Position numbers and translations under genes: made by a program | Notes under the pieces: model-generated | What the model was told of the DNA's origin: nothing | What the model saw: only the letters and a program-made list of their open reading frames with translations | The model's database searches: none | Shown here: in pieces, positions 31,765-42,299 of the stretch | Layout: each line of letters opens with the position of its first letter | How positions within the stretch are numbered: the stretch's first letter is position 1 | Assembly: GCA_963840855.1 (NCBI GenBank) | Contig: CAWJBB010000031.1 | Location: 1-64,000 of the forward strand | Direction: 5' to 3' | Length of the DNA: 64,000 bases | Source of the DNA: an uncultured delta proteobacterium | Lineage (GTDB): Bacteria > Desulfobacterota > Binatia > UBA9968

Positions 31765-33108
31765 TTAAGCCTTACCGGGTAAGGGAACATCATGCGACCG
31801 CGTTGCGGCGGGTTCCAGTTTGATCTTGACGATCCTTCTTCCCTCCATATCGACGATGGTGAGACGGTAGCCGTTACGCTCGACCCAATCGCCGCCGCGG
31901 GGAATGCGCTTGAGCTGCGCGAGCACGAAACCCGCGAGGGTGAGGTAATCCGGCGATTCTTCGAAAGGCAGATCGAAATCGGATTTCAATTCGCGGAGAA
32001 GAGCAGAACCCTGGATGATCAATGATCCATCGGGAAGACGCTCCACCGGCCCCCGCTCCTCGATGTCGTACTCGTCGCGGATTTCGCCGACGATCTCTTC
32101 GACGATATCTTCAAACGTCGCCAGTCCTTCGATTTCGCCGAATTCGTTCACTACCAGGGCCAAGGCCAGGTGGCGGCGCTGCAGTTGCTTGAGCAACTCG
32201 CTAATGGGCAGGGAACTCGGCGCGAAAAATGCCGGATGGAGGTGGTCGCGCATGCGAAATTCGCTTCGCTCCTGAAGCGCCTTGAATACATCCTTGTTGT
32301 AGAGAACGCCGACAACCCGGTCCAGATCACCCTCATAAACCGGAATGCGAGAAAAACCGCTCTCGACGAAACTCTTGGCCACGTCGGTCAAAGACGCGGC
32401 GAATTCGATGGCGTGAATCTCGGTGCGCGGTTTCATGATTGCCTTGACAGGGGTGTCGGCGAACTCGAAAACGCTGTGGATCAACTCCTTTTCGGTCTCA
32501 TTAAAGATGCCCTTGGCGGCGCCTTCACGGATCAGCGACTTGACCTCTTCGACGGAATTGAAACTCGCGCTTTCGGCCTCCTTGCGGCCGAAGCTCCAAA
32601 GTATGGCGTTGCTCGACGCCGTTAGAATCTTCACCAAAAATGAACTGACGCGTGAAAGGAAATCGATGGGCCGGGCCACCAGAAAAGCGATTTGTTCGGA
32701 GTAGCGCAGCGCCAGGGATTTTGGAACCAATTCTCCCAATACCAGAGAAAAATAGGCGACGGGCAGAACTACAAATAGGATCGCCAAGGGCTCGCTCCAT
32801 TGCGCGACGAAGGGAAGCGGCAACGCCTCGATCAGAGGTTTCACAAAATCGATGGCCGCAGCGCCGCCGATGGCGGAGGCGAGAGTGCTGACCAAGGTGA
32901 CGCCGATTTGCACTGTGGCGAGAAAGCGATCCGGATCGTTTTTCAGCCGGGCGACGGCCGCGGCCGATTTTACGCCTTGTTCGAGCAGCTGATCGATGCG
33001 CGATTTACGCGTGGCGATCATAGCGATCTCCGACGCCGCGAAAAAGCCGTTGGCAAGGATCAGCAGAAAAATCATAGCGGCCTCGAACCAGAAGCTTTCA
33101 AAAACCAT
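31765..33108 (-). CDS. CNNM/HlyC-CorC (hemolysin-family) transporter
   Basis: NGFFAASEIA, TVQIGVT, GELVPK, CBS pair (FSRIPVY, EDIVEEIVGEIRDEYD), CorC domain. Confidence 0.92.
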   Translation of the reverse strand: MVFESFWFEAAMIFLLILANGFFAASEIAMIATRKSRIDQLLEQGVKSAAAVARLKNDPDRFLATVQIGVTLVSTLASAIGGAAAIDFVKPLIEALPLPFVAQWSEPLAILFVVLPVAYFSLVLGELVPKSLALRYSEQIAFLVARPIDFLSRVSSFLVKILTASSNAILWSFGRKEAESASFNSVEEVKSLIREGAAKGIFNETEKELIHSVFEFADTPVKAIMKPRTEIHAIEFAASLTDVAKSFVESGFSRIPVYEGDLDRVVGVLYNKDVFKALQERSEFRMRDHLHPAFFAPSSLPISELLKQLQRRHLALALVVNEFGEIEGLATFEDIVEEIVGEIRDEYDIEERGPVERLPDGSLIIQGSALLRELKSDFDLPFEESPDYLTLAGFVLAQLKRIPRGGDWVERNGYRLTIVDMEGRRIVKIKLEPAATRSHDVPLPGKA

Positions 33109-33329
33109 TTTTGGATACTCCTATACCGCAAAGGCCGGTTGCCTTACCGGGGCGTTTTCGCGCTTTCGAGATTTGAATGGGGCGACGTCAATCGGCAAAG
33201 GCCAACGTTGGCCGGGGGGATTGGACATTAGTGGGTTTGATCTTATTAAAGCTTCCGCCACCGAAAAAGGCAAGGCCTGTCATTTACCGATTGAACCGTT
33301 TCAAGTAGGATGCGACTCGAGGGGTTCCA

Positions 33330-35597
33330 TTGGCCGAACCGCAAAACGAAAAATTATCCCTGCAAGGCACCGTCGGCAGGATCACCTACCATAATCCTGA
33401 AAACCATTACACCGTCGCGCGCTTGGATTCCGACCTTGGTCCAGGAACGACGATCGTAGGCACGATCTTCCCCGTATCGGAAGGGGAAGAGATCAAGGTC
33501 ACGGGCGCGTGGAAGCGGCATCCGCGTTATGGCTTGCAGTTCCAAGTTGATCACTGGCACAAAGTCGATCCGGCGACCATCGAAGGCATCGAAAAGTATC
33601 TCGGCTCCGGCTTCATCAAAGGCATCGGCCCCACCTATGCGAAGCGACTGGTCCGGGCATTCGGATTAAACACGCTGCAAATTCTCACGGAGCAGCCGCT
33701 GCGCATTTTGGAAGTCGAAGGGATCGGCGAGGTGCGCGCGCGCCGGATCATGCAGGCTTGGCAGAAGCAGCGCGGCATGCAGGACGTCATGGTTTTTCTT
33801 CAGGGACACGGCGTCGGCGCGGCGCTGGCGCTGAGGATCTACCGGGTCTTTGGCTCGCAGACCATCGCGCGGGTCCAAGAAAATCCGTATGCGCTGGCGC
33901 GGGAAGTCCATGGCGTCGGGTTTGTGATTGCCGACCGCATCGCCCATAGCATCGGTATTCGCGGCGATTTTCCGCTGCGCGTTCAAGCCGGCGTGTTGCA
34001 CATGCTGCGCGAGGCGGCGGAGCGCGGCCACTGTTTCCTACCGTTGCTCGCGCTGGGAAAAACCGCCGCCGAGATGCTGGCAGTGGAAGGGGAGAGAGTC
34101 GAGATCGCGGTCGAGAAGCTTGCCGCGGCGGGCGATGTCGTCGTGCCGGCGACTCCAGGAGGCGATGATAAACGCGTTTATCTCATCGAGCTTTTTGAGG
34201 CCGAGAAGCGGGTAGCGGCGGCCATCACGCGGCTGATCTCGGGAACTTCGTTTCTCGAAGGAGAACGGGCGCCGCGCCCATGGGAAAAAGGCAAGACCGT
34301 CGCCCGCGGCGCCATCGATTTCACCGGCGGTAGTCTGTTTTCCGCGTTGCCCATCTCGCTCGACGAGGACCAGAACCAAGCCGCCCGGCGGGCGCTTCGA
34401 GAGAAAGTGTTCGTGATCACGGGCGGACCCGGCACGGGGAAAACGACGCTCTTGATGTCGTTGTTGGCAATTCTTCGGCGCGCCAAGGTCACCTTCGCGC
34501 TGGCCGCGCCCACCGGCCGGGCCGCCAAACGCATGAGTGAGACTTCCGGCGAAGAAGCGACGACGATTCATCGCCTGCTCGAATATAATCCCCGGGAAGG
34601 GGGTTTTCAGCGCGCTGAAGACAATCCGCTGCAAGTGGACGTGGTGATCGTCGATGAGGCGTCGATGATCGATTTGACCTTGATGGATCATCTCTTGCGA
34701 GCCATCGATCCGCACAGCCATCTTATCCTGGTCGGCGATGTCGATCAGCTGCCGTCGGTGGGACCGGGGAGCGTGCTCAAGGACTTGATCGATTCCCAAG
34801 TCGTGCCGGTGGCGGTGCTCAGCCGCATTTTCCGACAGGAGCGGGAAAGTTTGATCGTCGTCAATGCGCACCGGATCTTGCGGGGCCAAGGGCTCGAGTT
34901 CGCCAATGCCCGCGAACGGCGCGATTTCGATTTCATCGCGCGCGAGAGCGAGGAAGAGGTCTTGGCGGTGATCAAGGAGCTGGTGCGGGAAAGAGTTCCG
35001 AAGATGCTTCAATTGCGCCCCGGTGAAGAGGCCCAGGCGGTGCAAGTGTTGACACCGATGCACCGCGGTCTGCTTGGCACGATGCAACTGAACCGGGAGT
35101 TGCAGCAGCTCTTGAATCCGGCGGGAGAGGCGCTGGAAAGGAACGGGACGGTTTTGCGCGTGCGTGACAAGGTCATGCAGCTGCGCAATAATTACGACAA
35201 GGGAATATTCAACGGCGACCTTGGCCGGATCGTCAGCATCGAGAAGGAAGAGGGCAAGATTCGCGTCGATTTCGATGACAAGTTGGTGGAATATGAATCG
35301 GACGAGTGGGATGAAATTAGCCTCGCCTATGCGACATCCATCCATAAGAGTCAGGGGAGCGAATATCCGGCGGTGATTTTGCCGCTCCATACCTCCCACT
35401 ACATGATGCTCTACCGGAGCATTCTCTACACCGCAGTGACCCGCGGCAAAAAGCTGGTCATCGTCGTCGGTAGCCGCAGAGCGTTGGCGATGGCGATCCG
35501 CAACGTCCGCGTCGAAAAAAGAAATACAGGATTACGAGAACGGCTGGCCGCGTTTCAACAGTCGCAAACGGGCAACCCGCCGGTTGCGGCTAATTGA
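33330..35597 (+). CDS. recD2: ATP-dependent RecD2-like helicase
   Basis: YLGSGFIKGIGP, GGPGTGKTT, APTGRAAKR, VDEASM, GDVDQLPSVG, IHKSQGSEY. Confidence 0.93.
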   Translation: MAEPQNEKLSLQGTVGRITYHNPENHYTVARLDSDLGPGTTIVGTIFPVSEGEEIKVTGAWKRHPRYGLQFQVDHWHKVDPATIEGIEKYLGSGFIKGIGPTYAKRLVRAFGLNTLQILTEQPLRILEVEGIGEVRARRIMQAWQKQRGMQDVMVFLQGHGVGAALALRIYRVFGSQTIARVQENPYALAREVHGVGFVIADRIAHSIGIRGDFPLRVQAGVLHMLREAAERGHCFLPLLALGKTAAEMLAVEGERVEIAVEKLAAAGDVVVPATPGGDDKRVYLIELFEAEKRVAAAITRLISGTSFLEGERAPRPWEKGKTVARGAIDFTGGSLFSALPISLDEDQNQAARRALREKVFVITGGPGTGKTTLLMSLLAILRRAKVTFALAAPTGRAAKRMSETSGEEATTIHRLLEYNPREGGFQRAEDNPLQVDVVIVDEASMIDLTLMDHLLRAIDPHSHLILVGDVDQLPSVGPGSVLKDLIDSQVVPVAVLSRIFRQERESLIVVNAHRILRGQGLEFANARERRDFDFIARESEEEVLAVIKELVRERVPKMLQLRPGEEAQAVQVLTPMHRGLLGTMQLNRELQQLLNPAGEALERNGTVLRVRDKVMQLRNNYDKGIFNGDLGRIVSIEKEEGKIRVDFDDKLVEYESDEWDEISLAYATSIHKSQGSEYPAVILPLHTSHYMMLYRSILYTAVTRGKKLVIVVGSRRALAMAIRNVRVEKRNTGLRERLAAFQQSQTGNPPVAAN

Positions 35598-36291
35598 ACA
35601 GCCTGCCGAGTCTCTTGTCGGCGTGGTAGATTCCCAGTTTTTTCAAGCAGGCCCAGATCGTTGCCTGATTGCTGTTGACCACAGGCTTGCCGAGATCATG
35701 CTCGAGATCATTGACGGCTTCGATCATGCGCGTATTGGTGCAACTTAGAAAATAGCCATCCGCTTCCGGACGGGTGTTTTCTTTCACGACTTTCTTCCAT
35801 TCCTCCGGGGTTACAGTGGCGTAGGCCTGAGTCTCCAACCCAAGGCCTAACTCGTGCAACACGGTGTAACCCGTCTCAGCCAAATAGTTCACTTCGAGTT
35901 GATTGGTTGCTTGCACGTAGGGGCTGATGAGCACCAGCTTCTTGATGCCGAAGCGGTCGAAAGCCTGCGTAATGGCCTGCGCCGTCGTGATGGTCGGGCA
36001 GCCGCTGGCACGCTCGACAATCTCGACGATGGCTTTTTCGTGCGCCAGGCCATTTTCCATCGAGTTCGCCGTGCAATGGAATACAATCACACCCGGTTTT
36101 ACGTCGGAAAGCGCTTCCGCGGCTTCGGTCAGAGGCCGTTTTAGCTCCTCCAGCGGCTTGCGGAACTTTCCGGTCATGCGCAACCGGGTGATATGAACGC
36201 CCACGCCCGACGGCAGGTAGGCGTTGAACTGCGGCTCCGTCAAACGGTTGCCTGAAGGAATGATAAGCCCGATGCGGGGTTGGGTATCCAT
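35590..36291 (-). CDS. Maleate isomerase/Asp-Glu racemase family
   Basis: IGLIIPSGN, FHCTA, LSCTN catalytic Cys pair, KPVVNSNQA. Confidence 0.88.
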   Translation of the reverse strand: MDTQPRIGLIIPSGNRLTEPQFNAYLPSGVGVHITRLRMTGKFRKPLEELKRPLTEAAEALSDVKPGVIVFHCTANSMENGLAHEKAIVEIVERASGCPTITTAQAITQAFDRFGIKKLVLISPYVQATNQLEVNYLAETGYTVLHELGLGLETQAYATVTPEEWKKVVKENTRPEADGYFLSCTNTRMIEAVNDLEHDLGKPVVNSNQATIWACLKKLGIYHADKRLGRLFN

Positions 36292-36311
36292 ACGACCTCA
36301 CCTCAACAGCC

Positions 36312-36384
36312 GATCAAGACGTTCAAAAAAGTTCAAATCGTTCAAAACGTTTTGAACGGCTGGAACGATTGGAACGGTTTGAAC
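36312..36384. repeat. 9-nt GTTCAA array directly abutting its inverted array
   Basis: gatcaagac gttcaaaaaa gttcaaatc gttcaaaac | gttttgaac ggctggaac gattggaac ggtttgaac. Confidence 0.8.
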
Positions 36385-36403
36385 GGGAGCGCAGCGACAA
36401 TAT

Positions 36404-37498
36404 TTATAACCCCACCGCCCCAAGGCTATAAAATCGGCGCGCGTTGCCGTGCAAGAATGCTGCTTTGTCGGCGGCGCTAATGTCTTCGTTCTCCAGGAAC
36501 TCGTTGATCTCGTGCTTACAGAACTCGTTATTCACTTCATGCGGATAGTCGCTGGAGAATACGAACGGTTTGCTGCCGACCCGGCGGATGGCGTGAGCGA
36601 TATCGGGTTCCTCGCCTTCGCAGCCGACGAAAATCCGTCCGGCGTCGATGTGGCGTTGAACGTATTCGCCGATTTTTTCTTTAGGTTTGAGTTCGAGGAA
36701 GCGTTTGCGCGGGTCATGCTGAATATGAGTCTCCCAGGAGCGGTCGAAGCGCTCCAGGCACATCAGCAGCCAGGCGACGCCGCCTTCCATGAAGCCGAAT
36801 TTTACGTTGGGGAACTTGTCGAAAATGCCGTTGAACACCATACCGCCGAAGGAAATCATCTGGCCGAACGGATGACCCAGGGCGTGCACCGGCGCGTAAG
36901 GCGTCAGGTCGTCGAGTCCCATGTTTTCATGGGCGCCACCGTGGACGCCGATGGCGCAGCCGAGCTTATTGGCTTCCTCGTAAATCGGCCAGTAGCGCGG
37001 GTCGCCGAGATTGGCTTGAATGCCGGTGGACGGTAGCATGGCGCCGCACAAACCGAGCTCTTTGACGATTCGTCTAAGCTCGTCAACCGCCGCGGATGGT
37101 TCTTGGAGCGGAACGAGGCCCATACCCTTAAAACGGGGGCTGCGTTTCATGTAGGTGTTGTAGAGCCAATCGTTGTAGGCGCGGGCGACGTCGATGGCCC
37201 AGTCCCGGCTGACGATCTTGCCGAACGAAAGACCGAGCGTTGTGTAAAGAACCGTGGTCTCGATGCCTACGTCTTCGAGAAAGTCGACCCAACCGTCAGG
37301 ACCGACTTTATTGAATGCTCCGGGCTGAAAATCGTGCAAGTTCGACGAATGAAGATGGTCCAGCGGGGGAAACAAGTTATAAAAAGTATGGGTCTCAAAC
37401 TTCTCCTGATAAGGCTTCGGCATGTATCGGACCATTTCACTGTAATCCTCGATTACATGCCCGTCACCATCGATGATGGTGTGTCCGTTGAACGCCAT
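36404..37498 (-). CDS. Amidohydrolase-2 family protein
   Basis: IDGDGH, ARAYNDW, FMEGGVAW, FSSDYPH; RBS AAGGAGG. Confidence 0.9.
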   Translation of the reverse strand: MAFNGHTIIDGDGHVIEDYSEMVRYMPKPYQEKFETHTFYNLFPPLDHLHSSNLHDFQPGAFNKVGPDGWVDFLEDVGIETTVLYTTLGLSFGKIVSRDWAIDVARAYNDWLYNTYMKRSPRFKGMGLVPLQEPSAAVDELRRIVKELGLCGAMLPSTGIQANLGDPRYWPIYEEANKLGCAIGVHGGAHENMGLDDLTPYAPVHALGHPFGQMISFGGMVFNGIFDKFPNVKFGFMEGGVAWLLMCLERFDRSWETHIQHDPRKRFLELKPKEKIGEYVQRHIDAGRIFVGCEGEEPDIAHAIRRVGSKPFVFSSDYPHEVNNEFCKHEINEFLENEDISAADKAAFLHGNARRFYSLGAVGL

Positions 37499-37578
37499 AA
37501 CCCCGTCCTCCTTAACTGTCTTGCTGCGTGCTAGGTCATCAAGTAGAGGGTGGTTTGTCAAGACCGCATGGCGGGTCC

Positions 37579-38238
37579 TCACTGTATCGTGGCGGTTACC
37601 ACCAGGTTAGTTTCACTGCTGCTGCTGCGGTCTCGGTAGCCAAGTATCTGGCGGGTGACCTCATGGATCTGGGTTGTTGCGCCGCCGAGCGAAACCGGCT
37701 GGTTGTTGGGCACGACCAGCTCGGTCGCCGCTTCGGTTAAGTCGATGGCCCCGGCGCGTTCCGCGGAGAAGTAGCTGATTCGCGGCGTAAGTGTTACGCG
37801 TATTTGCTCATCGGGAAGAACTGTGGCGCTGACCCGAAGGGAAGTTCCCACATCGTTAAAAATGACGCGCCGTTCAATATAGCCGGCGCCGGCGGCGTAG
37901 TTGTAGTAATAGACCGCCTCGCTGGCAGGCACGCGGGTGGCGACGCTGAGGATCGATTCGCCGCCGTCACGAACCAGTGTGAAGATCCCGCTGGAGCGCT
38001 GCACCGTGGTTTGGCGGTCGCCGGCGGTGACGCGCCCCGATGGCTGAACCGTTCCGCGGCGGATGATGACGCTGCCCGATCCCTGCAACGACTCCTGGCT
38101 GCTCGCGCCGGATTGCTGGGTCTCGACGACGACCTTAATGTTGCGGCTAACTTGACTATGGCCGATCCCCGCGGCGCTGAGCGCGAGACCAAGAATCAGC
38201 GCCAGCCCGGTCTTAAAGATTGTTCCTGTTCTCAACAT
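37579..38238 (-). CDS. Exported beta-rich protein resembling a secretin C-terminal domain
   Basis: Signal peptide; DVGTSLRVSATV, VTLTPRIS, ATELVVPNNQPVSLGG. Confidence 0.55.
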   Translation of the reverse strand: MLRTGTIFKTGLALILGLALSAAGIGHSQVSRNIKVVVETQQSGASSQESLQGSGSVIIRRGTVQPSGRVTAGDRQTTVQRSSGIFTLVRDGGESILSVATRVPASEAVYYYNYAAGAGYIERRVIFNDVGTSLRVSATVLPDEQIRVTLTPRISYFSAERAGAIDLTEAATELVVPNNQPVSLGGATTQIHEVTRQILGYRDRSSSSETNLVVTATIQ

Positions 38239-38254
38239 CGATGGCGGGGGCCTC

Positions 38255-39205
38255 TCACCGGCTCCCTGGCAGCAGAGAAAAATCCACTAGCTTCATGGGA
38301 TCGAAGTCTGCTGGGATGGGCCGCTCGTGGCGCAAGAGTTCGACATAGCCGCGGGCGACTTTGGCATTGAGGCGGCCATCTTTATTCAACAGCTTGATCA
38401 AAGTCGCGTAAGTGTTTTCCGCTTCGGGTTGGTTCACTTTGAATTTATCGACGATCATCTTGCTGGCCTCGTTGCGGTTGGCGCGAAGCCAGGCGAGGGA
38501 GTCGAACACCGCCGCGATGGTGCGGCGCACGGACTCCCGGTTATTCTTAATTTCCGCCTGCGATGTCACCAGGCCGACGTAAGGGATATCCGCGAGATCC
38601 CCGAGCTGCATGAACTTTTTGTAGCCGAGGGAAACTGCCTTGTCGTCGAATGGCGGTGTCAGAATCGTGGCGACCACACGGTTGGCTGTCAAAGCGCGAA
38701 AACTGTCTGCTGTGCCGCCAGTGCTGATGGTGTTGACATCCTTCTCGTTGATTTCTGATTTCTTCAAGAACGCTTGAAAAAAATAATAGGGCGAGGTGCG
38801 GATCCCTGAGAGCGCGACTGTTTTACCGATAAGATCTTGTGGCTTGTTAATGTCCTTGTGGGTGACCAGCACCCACGGCGACGTGTCGCAGAAGCTGATA
38901 ACAATGACTAGCGGCAGACCGGCAATTGCCGCGGAAATTCCCGTGGACACCGAAGTCAAATAGTTGATGTTGCCGGCAAGGACGGCCTGAGGCTGAATCG
39001 TGCTACCCATCTGAATATATTCAGACTCGATGCCATACTTTTTGTAGAATCCTTTTTCTTGGGCCACGTAGAACGGCATGTAGGAAAAGGCCAGGGACGG
39101 AAAGCCGATTCTTATCTTATACGGGCTTTCCGCTCCCTGAGCCATGAGCGGCAAGATATTCAGAATCGCGAACAAAGAAACGACGACGGAAAATCGCAGC
39201 TTCAT
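38255..39205 (-). CDS. ABC substrate-binding protein, NMT1/THI5-like
   Basis: Signal peptide, PFYVAQEKGFYKKYG, QDLIGKTVA. Confidence 0.87.
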   Translation of the reverse strand: MKLRFSVVVSLFAILNILPLMAQGAESPYKIRIGFPSLAFSYMPFYVAQEKGFYKKYGIESEYIQMGSTIQPQAVLAGNINYLTSVSTGISAAIAGLPLVIVISFCDTSPWVLVTHKDINKPQDLIGKTVALSGIRTSPYYFFQAFLKKSEINEKDVNTISTGGTADSFRALTANRVVATILTPPFDDKAVSLGYKKFMQLGDLADIPYVGLVTSQAEIKNNRESVRRTIAAVFDSLAWLRANRNEASKMIVDKFKVNQPEAENTYATLIKLLNKDGRLNAKVARGYVELLRHERPIPADFDPMKLVDFSLLPGSR

Positions 39206-39216
39206 GTTTGCGACCC

Positions 39217-40416
39217 TTACGCAGTGGCTGCTTTTGCCAGGCCGCCGTTCCAACTCTGCCGCGCGATTTTCAGCGCATTGGCCTGCGGCAGATTCCTCAG
39301 CTTGAAGAATTCGACAGCGTTCCTGCCCAGCAGCTTTTCTTTCTGCTTGAACGACAGGTCTTTGCCGTCGACGACATCCTGCACCGAGTAAGGAAAGTGG
39401 CAGTCCCAGTGACAGTAGTCCGACGCGTACATGACGGTGTTCTCGCCGTTGGCCGCAAAAACACGGTCGAGGCCGGTTTCCTCGGACTCGCAAGTCAGAG
39501 TGATTTGCTCGCTGCGAATGATGTCGGTGGGCTGCCGTTTCAGTTCCGGCATTTGCGGCGCCAGTTTCTCGATATGCTCGTCGAAACGTTCCGCCCAGAA
39601 GGGCAGCCAGCCGGCGCCGCCTTCCATGAAACCGACTCTGAGTTTCGGATAGCGGTCGAAGACGCCTTCGCCAATCATGTGCATCATGGCGATCATCAAC
39701 TCGAACGGAAATGCGGTCATGTGGACATAGACATACTTGCGAAATCGCTCGCTGCCGGCGCCCATGACTCCGGAAACACCGGGAACTCCGTCGTGGCCGG
39801 TTTGCGGATGGACGCTGAGCGGCATGGCCAAGGATTGCGCGCAGTCGTAGATCGGATCGAACATGGGGTCGCCCATGTTATTGAGGCCGTAAACGTTGGT
39901 TGGAAGCATGGCAGTCACCGCGCCCGCTTTGGCGAGAAACTCCAGTTCTTTCACCGCCGCCGGCGGATCCTGGCATGGGATCAAACCCACCGCGAGAAGC
40001 CGTTTCTTGTCGGCGGAGCAGTATTCGATCAGCCACTCGTTAACCGCACGGCAAAGCGCCGCCGCCAGTTCCTTACTCATCAAACCATTCACCGTGAGCG
40101 CGATCTGCGTGCCGAAAAGAATCGCGACGTCGATGCCTTCCTGGTCCATGTCTATGAGCCGAGCGTTGGGATCCACCATGCCCTCCCGAAATCCCCGCGC
40201 TTTTTCCGTCATCGGTCCGGAGACTCCAGGGCCGAGTCCCTGCGACGCGGACCAGAGGCGTCCTTCGAGGAGCATGCGCGAATTTCCCTCGTTGTCTTGC
40301 ATGCGAATCGGTGCCTGGGAGCGCCACTTCTCCGGCATGCGCGGGCGCAAATCGATATTGCCTTCGTAGACATGGCCGTCGGCGTCGATCACGAGTACGT
40401 CGTCAAAATTGTCCAT
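39217..40416 (-). CDS. Amidohydrolase-2 family protein
   Basis: IDADGH, RLIDMDQEGID, FMEGGAGW, YASDYCHWD. Confidence 0.9.
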   Translation of the reverse strand: MDNFDDVLVIDADGHVYEGNIDLRPRMPEKWRSQAPIRMQDNEGNSRMLLEGRLWSASQGLGPGVSGPMTEKARGFREGMVDPNARLIDMDQEGIDVAILFGTQIALTVNGLMSKELAAALCRAVNEWLIEYCSADKKRLLAVGLIPCQDPPAAVKELEFLAKAGAVTAMLPTNVYGLNNMGDPMFDPIYDCAQSLAMPLSVHPQTGHDGVPGVSGVMGAGSERFRKYVYVHMTAFPFELMIAMMHMIGEGVFDRYPKLRVGFMEGGAGWLPFWAERFDEHIEKLAPQMPELKRQPTDIIRSEQITLTCESEETGLDRVFAANGENTVMYASDYCHWDCHFPYSVQDVVDGKDLSFKQKEKLLGRNAVEFFKLRNLPQANALKIARQSWNGGLAKAATA

Positions 40417-42125
40417 TAGCGTTTCCCTCCGTCTGCTGGGGTTGGTCTCTTTGCTTGTTTAGTGTTAACCAGGTCATTTGGCAACTGGGTTTGAGCGTCG
40501 ACCACCGCTGCTTCGAGCTGGCGCAAGGTCAGCCCTTTTGCGGCGGAGAGATTGGCGCCGCTCAAATCGGTCTTGGTTAAAACCGCCTCTTCAAAGTTCG
40601 TTCCATCAAGCCGGGCGCCCTTCAAGCTCGCGCCGGCGAGATTGCTCCGGCTGAGATCGGCGGCGCGCAAGTCGGCGTTGCGCAAATTAGCATGCTGCAG
40701 GTCCGCCTCATAGAGAAACGCCTCGCGCAAATCGGCCCACATTAAATCCGCGTGGCGCAGGGCCGCGTTGTAGAAATAAATTCCCTGCAGATTAGCTCGC
40801 GTCATATCCGCCCCGACGAGAAAAACCCGTGTGGCATCGGCAAAGCGTATATCCGCGCCGCGCAGTTGGCCGCGCTTGACCATATGGATCTCATCCGCCC
40901 CTGCGCCTTTCCAATTCGACAAGCGCGACGATATTTCGACTTCGCGCAGGTTGGCAAACGTGTTGTAACCGGTTTGCCGAAGGAGCCGCGGCACCCACCG
41001 GCGCGCATCCCAGGGGCTAACGTCTGCTCCGATGAGCGAGCCGCCATCGACCATGGACTCGAAATCCGGCGGAATTCCCCGGATCGCGCCCCAGGAGAAC
41101 GCCGTGAACGCGGCCGCCAGCGCGCTCATCCAGACCGCGCGCCGGTACGATCGCCCGCTGGCGAGTGTTTGCTTGATCGATAAAGGGGCTTCCCGTCTGC
41201 CGGCCAGGGTGGCGGTGGCCAGCCGGTAAAGCAGGATAGCGGCGCTCACGGTCACGGTAACAACGACGATATGTAGCGAGGTGCCGATCCAATCGTGGCG
41301 GCGCAGGTAACGGAGCCAGAAAATTAAAATCGTTGCGGGCAGCAGCCACCAAGTGACCCATACCGTAATCGTCGCCTGAAGACGCGAGAGTGGCGGGCGC
41401 CGGTTACTGAGAAATGGATTGTAAGAATAGACCAGGCCGGTGAGTAGCCAAGGGTAGGCGCGCTTGCCGAGGGAGCGCCCGTCGGGGAAAACTGCCGGCA
41501 AATCGGCGAGGCGCTCCCAGAGGCGCTGGAGATGCAGGTGCAGATAGATATAAAGCAGCAACAACACCAACGGACCGAGGATGTAGACGCCGACGATGGG
41601 CACGTCGGCTTTAATGATGGGCAGTGATGACGATGCGGAATTGCTCAATAACTCCGCGTCGGTAGTGGTGCCGATGGTGAGCCAGCCGTAGAAGCAGGCG
41701 AGCAGCGTTGCGAAATAAAGCCCGCGGGCGTTCTTGGACTCCTCTTCCACCACCCGCAATCCATCGAAATCGCCGAACTTGTCCGGCAGGCGCACGCCGC
41801 TGAGGTTGGCGCCTGCAAGCTGGGCTGGCAGAAGCCCAACGGTTTTGGTTAGATCGGTGTTTTCGAGATTGGCGTTGCGCAGTGTTGCTCTCAGGAGGAT
41901 CGCTCCCTGAAGGTTGGCATCCCGCAAATCGGCATTTTCGAGATTGGCTGCGGTCAAGTTGGCGTTGACAAGATCTACGCCGCTGAGAGTCGCCCCGTGC
42001 AAATCCGCTGCGGCCAATCGCGCTTCATTAAAAACTCGCTCCCCCGCGGCGTAACGGCGTAGCAATTCCTCGGCATCAAACGGCGCCGGTGTTTCGCGTG
42101 TGATTTCGTCTGCGGTCATTAGCAT
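40416..42125 (-). CDS. Membrane protein with N- and C-terminal pentapeptide repeats
   Basis: A(D/N)LXX repeats at both ends flanking about 5 TM helices; LLRRYAAGERVF N-terminus. Confidence 0.85.
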   Translation of the reverse strand: MLMTADEITRETPAPFDAEELLRRYAAGERVFNEARLAAADLHGATLSGVDLVNANLTAANLENADLRDANLQGAILLRATLRNANLENTDLTKTVGLLPAQLAGANLSGVRLPDKFGDFDGLRVVEEESKNARGLYFATLLACFYGWLTIGTTTDAELLSNSASSSLPIIKADVPIVGVYILGPLVLLLLYIYLHLHLQRLWERLADLPAVFPDGRSLGKRAYPWLLTGLVYSYNPFLSNRRPPLSRLQATITVWVTWWLLPATILIFWLRYLRRHDWIGTSLHIVVVTVTVSAAILLYRLATATLAGRREAPLSIKQTLASGRSYRRAVWMSALAAAFTAFSWGAIRGIPPDFESMVDGGSLIGADVSPWDARRWVPRLLRQTGYNTFANLREVEISSRLSNWKGAGADEIHMVKRGQLRGADIRFADATRVFLVGADMTRANLQGIYFYNAALRHADLMWADLREAFLYEADLQHANLRNADLRAADLSRSNLAGASLKGARLDGTNFEEAVLTKTDLSGANLSAAKGLTLRQLEAAVVDAQTQLPNDLVNTKQAKRPTPADGGKR

Positions 42126-42127
42126 CC

Positions 42128-42199
42128 GTTCAATTCGTTCAAAAAGTTCCAATCGTTCCAAACGTTTTGAATGGCTTAAACGGCTTGAACGTTTTGAAC
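42128..42199. repeat. 9-nt GTTCAA array plus abutting inverted array
   Basis: gttcaattc gttcaaaaa gttccaatc gttccaaac | gttttgaat ggcttaaac ggcttgaac gttttgaac. Confidence 0.8.
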
Positions 42200-42299
42200 T
42201 TCGTGCTCATTGACGCGGCTCCGAGTGTAGGTAGGGGCTCAAAGAGTGTCAAGGGCGCCAGTTGACCCTCACTGGCCGATCCGATATTCACCAGAAGTG

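Noticed and set aside
34038-35399. Long antisense ORFs (453 aa here, also 39208-40419 and 50370-51701)
   Set aside because: These are shadows of well-supported GC-rich genes on the opposite strand.
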